Source: Candidatus Omnitrophota bacterium (GTDB taxonomy: Bacteria; Omnitrophota; Gorgyraeia; Duberdicusellales; 4484-171). Taken from it: DNA of 64,000 bases. Every line of letters starts with the position of its first letter. Within the stretch, counting starts at the first letter, position 1. Shown piece after piece: positions 32,101 to 44,100 of this stretch. The DNA is taken from positions 13,795-77,794 of the forward strand of contig JBDRAN010000035.1 in the NCBI GenBank assembly GCA_043823745.1, given 5' to 3'. The position numbers were made by a program, and so were the translations under genes. The notes below the pieces were generated by a model. That model saw nothing but the letters and a program-made list of their open reading frames with translations. It searched no databases and was not told the origin of the DNA.

Positions 32101-35100
32101 TCCTCTTTTACGCTTAAGGCTAAGAAGAGCTCCCGCCCCTGAGACTGTTCTTCTGCTAATGCTTTAGCTGTTGCATTCACCTGGTGCATATGGGTGGCTA
32201 ACCTTGAACAAACTGTCGTTCCTTCCAAACCTTGCCATACTTTGCTATGGCCTTTTATCGAATCAAAATCGTTACGCCAGAGGGTAAAAACATTTTGTAC
32301 GGCCTTTCGTTGCCGTCGCGAAAGCTCACTCATTCGCACAGCTAAAAGCAGGCGCGTCTGTTTTCCGGTTAAAGAATATTCATGTACGATAAGAGTATTG
32401 CTAAAGGAGGGGGCAATGAACTGGTTAACGATCGGGCTTGTGACAGGTACCGGTGAAGAGGAAGTGTCGCCGTTATCTAGGGAGCACGGCGAGCTGGCCC
32501 GTATTAGTCTATAGTCCATAGTCGATAGTCCATAGTCAGGGGAGATTAAAATAAAGGCGGGCAAGAGCAAGATTCCTTCGCCCGGGCGTCTGGATATCAG
32601 GGAAATTCTCTTGTGATAATTTCCCTGAAACGCCACGGGCATAGCCACTGCGTGGCTAGGTGGGGCTTTGTTGGACAAGCTGCTGAAGAAATCGTATTGG
32701 GTATTGGGTATTGGGTATTGGGTAAAAAATGGGTAAACGGCTGCGGCAGGTCGACCAGATCCCACCAGCCACGGAGAGGTAAACTGGTCTATAAAACCCT
32801 GCCGCAACCGAATATCTGCTTCTTGCTTATTTGCTTCTCTGCTTCTTGCTTTTGAGGCCGGGGAGCTGGCGCCTTTCCCTGGTCTTGGGCATTGAGATCC
32901 AGCCTCGGTCGTAGTATTCCTGACTTGGGTAGAAGTGAAAAATTCTTTGCCAAAAACTCTTTCACCCTCCTTTTGTAACCTCGCCAAATCCTGCTGAGAT
33001 TTCCTTAAGCGCTCAAGTAGCTCTACGGGAATTCCTGTAGGGAAATTTATACTGAAACTTGAGGCGCCTGTTTTCTCCGACGGGCTGGAGGCCCGAAGGG
33101 CCGACATCCCCGCAGGGGGGCTGGCCTCTTTTTGTCGGTCGTCGTTCATAGGTGGTCTATCTCCAGGAACAAAATCATAATCCGGACTGACCCAAGCTTT
33201 GCCGCCGGAAGCAACATCAATGCTAAGCTTCCTGCCACAAATCGTGCCGCCGGTACAGCGACTATCGACAGATAAGCCGTTACTGCGCAAAAAAGAAACA
33301 ATCTTTCGGGCGTAGGCTTGACCGCAAGCAGAATGTCCGCCGGCGACGGAGGCGATTATCCTATCCTTATTCGCTCCCAATTGTTCAAAAACTTCCAGCA
33401 CCGCCGAAAGAGTTTCTTTGGGCCAATCAGACTCTATAGCAGAAATCTTGTTACGTTTAGGGCCATCTTCGTTATTAAAAAAATGGCTTAAGAAAAATGC
33501 TTTCATTCCATTACTAAGAGAAGCGCTAAAAGTTACGCCAACACAGTTTACAAGGTTAGCGGTTAATAACTTCCTCACCTTGGCCTGAGAGGGAACGCCG
33601 ACAAAAATAACTGCTGTACGGAAATAAACAAAAAATGCACCTTCTCTTTTGGTGTATAGATAATACTCTCTTTCAGCCTGGCGAAAGCGGGAGTTTTTCA
33701 CTGAAAGATTATGAAAAACTAAAATATTGCCGCCAGCATCTTGCAGGCCTTCAATTCTTTTTTGCGGCTCAGCTAGCATTTCAAAAAGAACACTTTTTTG
33801 CGGCGAGCTGGCGTGGAACTTTGGCTGTGGTCTATTACTTTCAAGATGCGAAACTATTCCTTCATGCCTATCATACAAACGTATTGTAATTTCGGGGCGA
33901 TCATACACAATCCCGGATGTATTAGGATGCTGCGTATCATTTATAAAAAATCCAAAGGTGCGCTTTTTATCTTCAAGGAATGAATGTATTTCCCGAAGCA
34001 TCGACTGTCCATCACGCGAACCGGCCTTTTTGGCGACTAAATCGATGGGTATCAGTATTTCTAATTTATGCGCAAAATCCACGATACCTTGCAATACCAT
34101 GCGGACACAGGCCTCCCACCACCACCCATAAAGCACTACCCTAACATGTTCTGTGCGTGGTTTGTGATAACTAACATAAAACCGAGTTGCGTCAACAATG
34201 GCACCAATGTGATCTCGAGGCGGCACAGATAACACAGTATAGCCAAGACCTTTCATGCATAAGGAAAACTCTTCGTTCTCTTTTGCGTGCACTGGAACAA
34301 CTACTACTTTTATACTGTCCGCTGAGCTGGCCCTCTTCGGGTCGTGTGTATTGCGTGGTGCGTATTGCGATGATTTAAACTCTCCACTGGTGACTGGTGA
34401 CTGGTGACCTGGTAACTTTTTTAGCGCCGGTGAGCTGACCACTTGTTCGTCGTGGGTCTTGAGTATTGGGTATTGTGTTGAATCGACTTCTTCACTGGTG
34501 ACTTTGTGACTTTGTGACGTGTGACCTTGTGAGGCCGGCGAGCTGGCGGAATCCGTTTTGTTACTTTGGGAAAACGGTGGGACGCGGGTTGGAAAATTTT
34601 TGCTACTTTTCGTATTGGAAATTTGAGACCTTGATGATACCTGGCTGATTATTCTTTCAGCTGTTGAAAACGGTAAGGTGCATTCTTTAGCAATAACCGC
34701 AGGCTGTAATATCCCATCTCTGGCCAGTTTATTTTGAATATAATCCTCTATTTGAGCACAAGTCATAAGCCGGCCCTTCTCCGGTGATGCCGCGTAAAAA
34801 TCATAGTGAGATATCCCTTCTTTATCTAAAACCGGCTCCCAGTCTAACCCCAGTAATCGTAAACCCTTAAACAGTAGCCCAATATAGTGATTTCCTATTA
34901 TATGCTCTGCTTGGTATATATACATCACGGAATCGCCTCTAATGCGCCTCAAGGTAAAATTCGAAAGGTCTGGCATCCTAAAACTCTGATAATAAGGATT
35001 ATCCCGGGGAAAATTGTCAGGGTCTAATTGCCATATTCCACGCCCTCTTCGTATAATAAGATAACGGATGAGACCGGGATGGTTGGTCATCCGGGCATGG

Positions 35101-38100
35101 ATAAAAACTTCTCCCTTGACAACATCGTGTACATAACGCCGGTCAACGGCATGAGTAACGGGAACTATTCGCACTCCTTTTACATAGGAAAGCACTTCGC
35201 TCAATTCAAAGTCACCCTTTTCTACTGCCTCCTTTCGTAAGTCCTCTAAAAGATAATCAGCTCTTTCCTGAGAGGACTTATCAAAGTAAGGCTTTCTATA
35301 TTGAGAAAATGAGTGTGCTAATCTTGCTATCCTCTCTGATTTCTGAAATAGTAGACTGGAAAACATAGAGAAATAATGCCCTGTGAGGTATATAATATTC
35401 AAGGAAAGGGGTAGAAAAAATAATATTGCCACCATAGTATTCTCTAAAGGTAATAAGGAAAAAACTATGTAATAAATAGATACAAATCCTATTATTTTAT
35501 AAAAAACGAGAAAGGGCTTATAAAAAATGCTGCGCGGCTGCTTCGTATATTCATATTTCCGGAAAACATCTTTCATCAAAATCAGGTGCCAATCAAAGAT
35601 CAGCGGCAGACGCAATACGGAAAGAAGCGTATAAAAATATACACCGAATGATGACCGCGCTCTTGATAGCTCCGTGGCGTTTAAATTAACAACCCTGCTC
35701 CCCTGCGGCCGATGCGCGCGGACGGAAGAAGGAGATGAGCTTCTCCGAAAAGCAGTTGACTGGCCAGCGCCAGTAGGTTGCTCTAAATAGTAAAACCACG
35801 TCTTTCCTTTTCCGGAAACTTGCAGAGATTGTAATGGATTAGGCCTTCGCCCCAATAAGCGCTCAAGACACTTTCTTACCATACCAGAACTTAAGCCACA
35901 CCTATCTACGATTTCGCTTACTGACATAGCTCTATCTGCTGTATCGGACAGCACGGCCATAATTTGTTGCTCGGTTGACTGTTTGTTTCTCGCCAACTGC
36001 TCCTGCCTCATTAATCTTGGTTTTCGAACAGCCAGAGGCGTTAAGCTTTCCGGAAACTTAGCTATTAAATCCAATGTTTTTAGCTCAGCTGCCCCAAGTT
36101 GCCCATCAATATATAAAACAGGAACTTTTTCTGTTTGGCCAAATAATTTTACTGTGGTTCTAAACATAGAGGCATCGAAATTTACAATCAATCCTGCTTT
36201 AATCCCAGAGTCAGCTTGCTCCAGCCTATTGCGCACACATAGATGAGCCTCAGCGATCCCAACCGCAGCGGCCACAATAAAAAGAGGTTGAGCAAAACCA
36301 GCGCGCCTAAACAGAGCTTTAAAATTATTTTTTATAGCCTTAATATGGGCAGGCTCTTCAGATCGCCCCCTTCTCTGGGCCTTTGCCGCCTTTAATTCCT
36401 GCAAGCCCCAGATAAATTGTTCCAACAATCTTCTCTGCATAATTCGCCAGGCTTCCTCTTTTAACATAAATGTACCCTGCCTGTGACAAGCTAATTTTAA
36501 TCGCACCCATTCTTTTAAATCATTATCTATAATTTCTATATTTTCCCCTACATTATCAGCGAATTGTCTAATTTGGGCGAGAGTCTTTGGCCCTTGAGCT
36601 AAGAACCGGCTGATTTTCTGCCAGCGGTCAGCTTTTCTGGAGAAAGCATTCATTTCTTTATCTGTTTTTTGAACAAGCCTGGCATCAACAATGAAAATAG
36701 CCTTGCCTTTTAAGCTTTGTAAGCGCTGTACAATCATGTTCCTGCTATAACCCACACCCGAGGAACCGGCGGGAACGGGGGAACCGGCAACTGCACCTTC
36801 AACATCAGAAATAAATCTCTTTATAGATTCAGCATCGTCAGCATAACTTTTACCATTAAAGTTCTCACGCACTATGCCAATAACATAACCATTTTCATTC
36901 ACAACTGGTGCGCCGCTAAAACCAGGAGGCACCATAGTATCAATTTCAATAACCCCGCTTCTGAATATTCTTTTAGCTTTTGCGAAAATTATCTCGTTAT
37001 TGCCATTGTTACCCTTGTCTTGCCTGCCTAGAATAAATACATCTACCCCTTGTTTTTGGTCTAATCTCGGAAAATTCCGACGCGAATATCGTATGAATTT
37101 GGCCAACGGCTCTATTTTCTTCTTTTTTAAACCTTTATTTGTTAACCTAACAAGACCCTTATCAGATATTAGCACTGGAGGCTTTTGCAATCTTCTTCTT
37201 GAGCACCTGGAATAAAACCGAGAGCTTGAAAGGGTACCAAAACTTCCTTCCAAGTTGATATAGTCCGGTTGATTGTCAAATGCGTGCCCTGCGGTAACAA
37301 CATAATAATTATCGCTGCATTCGTTCCAAATAATACCGGAACAGCTATAAAAATGGTGCCTATACCCTGCCCTTCGGCGTGGCTTTACCACAACAAATAA
37401 TCTAAATATTGCCTCTAACCTTTCACGCGGTATGTTTGGAAATCTAGCTAATATGAAAGACATCAATAACTGTTCATTGACTTGTCCCGCTGAGCTGGCC
37501 TTACCTTCTCCCTCTGCGGCCTGCCGCAAATCACCGGATTCAAGCCTCCCAGCGAGTTTTCTAAGGTGCGCGTCCCTTATTTCCCGGGCAGCCGGGATGA
37601 GTCGGCTTAGATCCTCCCTGTTTAAAGCTCGGGCAATCCAAGCTAAATCGTGCTGGCTTATGTCCCGGCTCGAGGCCGCTAAAATCAGGATTTCTTCTTT
37701 TCTCCGCAGGGCTTCCTGCAAGCCCTTCATTTCCTGGAAAGAAGCTCTGGCTTCGATACAATTATAGTCGGACCATTTTCTTTCACCGGGATTTTCGTAT
37801 CTGGCCACATGGCCTATCATTTCATGAAGCACTATATCGAATAAATATGCCGGCAAACGGAACTCATCTTCCGCAATCATTATGATGTAATTCATTACCC
37901 CGGAAACTTTGCAGCTAAGGATTATCGCCCCCTTCTGTTTTGAATAAGAACTATCATGTTTGGGTATATATCCCAAAGTTTCCAAAGCAGAAGCCAATGC
38001 CTGTCTATTTGCGGTGACCACGGTCTGAATCCTCCTCTTTTTAACAAGCGTAAGCAGCAAAGAGTAATCCTGGGGTGATATGGCTTTAAGGATTCCCATA

Positions 38101-41100
38101 CTTAAGGCGATACTCCGCATCTCCTTATCCGTTACCGGCCTTACCTGCCTGCGGACTTCCCTGGGCATTATTGACATTGACAGGTAACGCCCCCCTAATC
38201 TATCCAGCTTTGAGTCCAGAAAACGCTGAGAACCTGAAGACGACGAGCTGACGGAGGAAGATGTAACTCCTAACTGTTTTAAAATCTTCTGAGCCCCCTC
38301 ATCGCCTCTCTTTGCATCTTCTTGTAAAATTTTAATAGTTTTCTCACTCGCCTTCCTCAAATAAAATTCACTCTCAGCGGGTCGCAATAATCCTGTTTTT
38401 AACTCTTCGCGTCTAAGAATGATAATCATTTTTAAATTTGAACGGATAGCAATATTCTTATTACGTGTAATATTTATTACATAACGGAGAAGTTGCCGGC
38501 CGGCACCGATAAAGAAACTATTCTTATCTTGCTTGTTGCTGGGTCTCTTTTCCAACCAAACGAGCGCATCTGTTCCATCTTTTTGCTCTTCTATTACAAT
38601 AAAACTCTCTACGGATAGTTGAGGCTCATAGCTATTCTTGCTAAAAGAAAAATATATGCGCCTTAGCGGTCTTACTTGTTGAAAATATTGCTTATAGTCA
38701 GTCCGTCTTAAACAACGGGCAACATCAGCAAGCAGTAGCGAATTCTCTGGTCCAATATCACTGACTTGATATTCTGGCCAATATTTTTCAAACTCCGCGA
38801 TAACACCCTGTCGTTCTTTTTCAGAGAGCTCTGATACTTCCCGAACCGGTAAGATCTTTTGACCGGGAACGCCTCTAAACACAAGATTCTCCTTCACGAT
38901 AATGCCTCTCTTTAAAATCTGATTATCGTATATGTTTATTCTTTCAGCCGGCGAGCTGGCCACTTGTTTTTTAAAAACCTTCGCAATAGATTCTGCTTCG
39001 GCGCTTACCTCTTGCCAAGATGTATTGCTTGTAACCGGAATTAAGATAATAAAAATCGAAGGATGCCTGGCGCGAGTTAAAATATTAGAGACGAGTGGCG
39101 GTGATTTAATAAATGAAAAATCCCTATGCCTCCTTTTACCCCCGATAAATTCATCAGCAATGGTTTTATTTTCAGAAGAAAGATCATCATAATCTAAGTT
39201 AAGCTGAGCATATTTTTTCTCTCTAGCTTCAGCTATATCCTTAACGTTTGATTCATAACCAGGACTATAAAGCCTGTCGAAAAACGACATAATCCCTAAT
39301 AGATTCTTTATATTCGCCGAAGAATATGTAGTACGTATCCGCTTTCTAAAAAAGATTTTAACTGCCGCCCGCAAAGGTAATTCAATGTTTTTATCAATAT
39401 CCCCTTCATCTTGAAAAGTTAACGCCGGCGATACCCAAATAGGTTCTATATGCATAAGCGAATCTCTAGGTGCAGTCTCTTTCATCTTTCGTATATCGTC
39501 GTTCGTATATCGTTTATCGTTTGTCGGGGAGCCAGCAGCTTCTCTCCCACTTGTGACTTTGTGACCTGGTGACTGGTGACTTTGTGAAGCTGGCGAGCTG
39601 GCGGAACTTGATTGTTCAAAAATAGCAAGATGGTGTAGTTTAAGGTATAAATCTATTGTATCTTTTGTTAACTGTTGCGGTTTAATAAGGCCTTCGAGGC
39701 TAGTTTGTTCCAATAAATCCAGAAAATCCCAAATAAAAACATCCATTTTCTCTAAAAGAACTGTTGCGTTTCCCTGTTGGCCGAATCCTCCTTCTAAATA
39801 ATCACCCACTGCTCTTTGAAGTTGAGGAATATAGGCAGCTAACACTGCCGGACATCTTCCTGATAAAGTATTTCGAATTGATCCCGCCAACCTAACCACT
39901 ATTTTCTTTTGACTCGGAAAAAAATCACCAAGATCTCTTGCGGCTGCACGAATTAAGCTTTCTATTCCCCTTCGGATATCATCCTTTGCTAAAACCTCTT
40001 CTTCAGAAAAAACATCTGCTGACAGCATTTGAAGGCTTCGAGAATCATCCATTAATTCTAATACATCGATGATGCCTTTACCGGCAGCCATTCGTACGAG
40101 CGGATTATAATCGCTTTTTATTAAGGTTTCAGAAAGATTACCAAGAAGAAGATACCTAATTGCTGGTTGTTCGATAGCTGCTAAATGCTTAGCAACTAAC
40201 TCAATCAAGGCAAACTCTAATGACCACTCACCATGTTGCAGGGCTGCATTTAAAGTGCCTAGAAGAGGGTTGATAAATTCAGACTCAGAGGCCAAGCCCG
40301 TGCTGGAAATTCTGTATGCGGCAATTGCTCGAAATCTATAATCTAAATCAGGCGAAATCATTTTACCAATCAATTGCTCTAGCGGCGCAGGACTTGACAC
40401 TTTGCCATTTTCTTCAGTACCCCCTACATCAGGATAATCGAAGTTTACCTCACCGGCTTCTTCACAAAACCTTTTAACCTGCTCAATAGTGTGTATTATC
40501 TGACTCTCTCCGGGGCTTGAAGATCCCGCCGGCGAGTTAGCCCTACTCCGCCCTTGAGACTCACCAGTCTTTTCTCCTTCTGCACCGGAAGTAGAAACAG
40601 TTTGTACATAGCGTTTCAGAAACCTCCTCACAAGAAGAAGGCCTTTCTTATTGATACGATACACCGCTAAGTTACCCCTTTTCTGCATTGTAGTCACATA
40701 TCGCCTGCTGCGGGCAACGTTGATGAGGCTGCGAACATTCCAATGTCTACCTTTGAAGATGTCTGCATGGGCAATATCATCATAGGTGCATCTTTCCCGC
40801 AGCGATGAGTCAGCCGCAACACAAAAAACAAGTATGTGATAACCGGCAAAACCTCTCGGCTCTGGATAGTGTTCAGCACTGTAATAGTCCCATATTTTTG
40901 TCAAGTCGCCGCCAAACTCTTCACTTACTATTCTGTCTATTTCTTCCTTTAGTGTTTGAACATTCGGTGAACTTACCCGTCTCCCCGGTGAGCTGGCCTT
41001 ATCGTTGTGGACGGTATTACGCCGTACGCCCGGCGTGTTGAGTCGTGAGCCTTGCGAGGAAACCTTCCTGATCTTTGACAGTATTCTTCCTATAAGATCC

Positions 41101-44100
41101 GATTCCTCATCTAGATATGGAAATCCCTCTTCGCCTTCGAGAAGATCAAGCAGGTTAACCGGATTTTTATTTGGATCAATGCCGCGGGCTAGGTCAGGCC
41201 ATACATATACTTCCAGGTTAACAGGTTGATATACGTGTTCATTCTGCACGCTTTTTGTGTCGTAGGTAACAGTTACAATACCTTCTTGCATGACTATCAT
41301 ATCGGTGTCCCCCGTAGACGGATAAGGCCGCGTCCTTATTTTTAAAGCAAGGTTTCTCTTGGAGTTTATCGCCTGAACCCTGGCCGCAACAGCATGACTA
41401 AGCTCAACATCTCGACGCGTCAAAAGCATACCGCTAATATCTCTAATTCCCATCCTTAGCAGTTCATCAACGAGTCGTTCAAGTAATCCTATCTGGCTTG
41501 TGCTCATATGGAAAAATATAAGGACATCCTTCCCTTTTCTTATTCCTCTTAAGGCAACTCCTGAACAACCGCCCATGCGATACGCGAATAGCCGATATGG
41601 ATTTTGTTTCATTTCTGTTTCAATAATTGTTACCGATTGTGTTGACACCCAGTTTTTAGGCCTGTAGCCTTTTTCCACGTCGGCTCTATCGATTCTTGTT
41701 ATTCCTTGAGAGTTGCTGTGACGAGACAGTAATCGTATATCCTTTTCATTAAACGGATCATTGCACCACATACTATCGCCATCTGCCAATTCATTACCTA
41801 GCTTTTCGAAAGGCATCCGATTGAATATTCCAATGCTGGCCCGCAATACACGCTCTATTGCTCCACCCCTTTCCGTCGGCGAGCTGGCCGGCTTCTGGCC
41901 GCTGTTGGCGGGAGGACTTAAAGATTTGCGCCTACGACGAGGATAATTCTCACTTTTCAAATCTTCAACTCTATGCTTAATCGATACCTCACGAGGAGCA
42001 TTAAGTAATATCTTGGCTTCTGTACGGCCTGATTTCGCAGATCCAACTATTCCATTAAATTGGATGATAATTTGTGGCTTTGGCTGATGTTGTTCTGGCT
42101 GATCTGGACCTAAATCTAACCAATACAGAGTCTGATAAAATAAAGCATACGGCTCACTTTGACCATTAGGCCTCTCAATCTCAACAGTAACGTTTTGGTT
42201 TCTAATATTGTCAATATCGCCGGTTAAATGCCAATCTTTTACAGTAATCGTATAATGATTTTCTCTGCTCCCACAATAAACACACTCTCCGCCAATCAAT
42301 CCTGTAATATAATTACCCCTTAGACGCATACCTTGATCGTCAACTTTTATTAATTCTTTTATCTTGCCCGGCGAGCTGGCCCCTTCTTTCTCTAAAATAA
42401 ATCCGGCCTCTGCTATTTTTGCTTCTATATCAACTCCATCTGCATCAACTCCGTCTGCAAGGAGCGCTCGCGCAACTCGATTAGTCCAGGCAGCAGACTT
42501 CATGGGTTGGCCGTTTGCGTCTTTCAATCTTGACCGCAATTTTTTCAAAGCAATAGTCCTGCTGCCTGTTTCAGTCGCAATCTGACCGAGTTCTTCCAGC
42601 ACCCTTGCGGCAAAAGCATTGTGTCCAGGGCGAGCCTTGCGCACAGCCGGAGAAGCCTGATTGGTTTTCAGCCATGCACGAAAACTCTCCAAAGAATTCC
42701 AGATACGATACCCTTCTTCGGCGTATACCAAATCAAGCAACTCCTGAAGCGTCGGCTTGACGCCTTTGTGTGCCTTGGCATATGTGGCAGAAAGCCTGTC
42801 TAGCTGAGAAATCCGTTTCTGCTTATTAAATTCGCGTACGGGAAACTCGATCCCGTTTTGCTTGGCGATATGATAAAACTGATGAAAGGTTAAGCTGCCA
42901 TCGACTCTGGGGTCAGTTTTTCCCATCGCCACTATTTGCTTATGCACTACGTTAGCCAGGGGCCGCCTGCCATCAGTCAAGACCTGATCTTTAACCCCTA
43001 AGGCAAGCCAGCCTATGCCAAATTTATATACAGTTAATTTTGGATCGCCCTTCCTACCTACCATCATCCGACGTCTTTGCTCTTCATCGGCATCACAAAC
43101 ATGCCTCTCTCTCCGGGCAGCAACTGCACGGACGAGTTGGTCTATATCGGCTATGGGCGCAGGAAACTGAGAATCCGCAATATCAAAACGAGTATCCCTT
43201 TGTATATCAAAATCATGCCACCTGCCGTTAAAGAAAAGAGACGCGAATACATACTCAACCTCAGCAGGCATATTTCTAAGGACCTGCGGGGGGTAAATCG
43301 CTTTAAAGGCGTCTTTTCTAAGCATAACAAGTTTGTAGCCAGCCGGAATCTTTGCGGCCCGGGCCACGGCAACAAACAAATTGGCCGCATTAAAAGACAT
43401 GCCAACCTCTCTATGAAACGTCTCAGAAGCCGGAGTATCCCAGTAAGCGCCATAACCAATACTATATTTGATTTTTTTACTTACCCAGTTCCAGAAAAAA
43501 GCGGCCTGGCGCGCAGAATCGTCAGGATAGTTCTTTCTTACTTTATAGGCTTTTCGCCTAATCGCCGGATCATCCCGATCGCAAAGCTCGGTTTGAGCTA
43601 AAAACCTTTCTGGATTGTCGAGGCTGACTGCACCTTGATCTGCAGGCGAGCTGGCCCTCTTTGAGTCGTGAGTCGTGGGTCGTGCGTATTGCGATGAATT
43701 AACTTCTTCACTTGTGACTTTGTGACCTTGCCTGCCCTTCGAAGCCTTGGCGAAGTAGGGTGACTTGTGACCTTGTGAGGCCGGCGAGCTGGCCTGCTTT
43801 GTCTTTACAAGAATATTATCCTTATCGCCAAAACCTTCTGCGGCTACGAATCCGCGTTTTCGCAGCAGCGATTGTATTTCCAAAGTACATTCTCTCGTAA
43901 AGAAGAGAACTCTTCTAGTCATTCCCTCTAATTCCAGTATCATTTTTTCTTCAACGTTCAGATGGCTATAGCCACCATGGCTTCTGACTTTCCGTCCTAT
44001 TATATAATCTCCATAGTGCTCAAAAGCCACAAATCCTACTACTTGATCTCTGTATGCGGCCACCATAATCTGGCCATCTCCGTATGCTCTTGGATCAAGA

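Noticed and set aside
32690-32730. GTATTGGGT x4 tandem array as a possible CRISPR or microsatellite locus
   Set aside because: Units are contiguous with no spacers and lie in frame inside the giant ORF, coding TQYPIPNTQY. This is a coding tandem repeat, not CRISPR.
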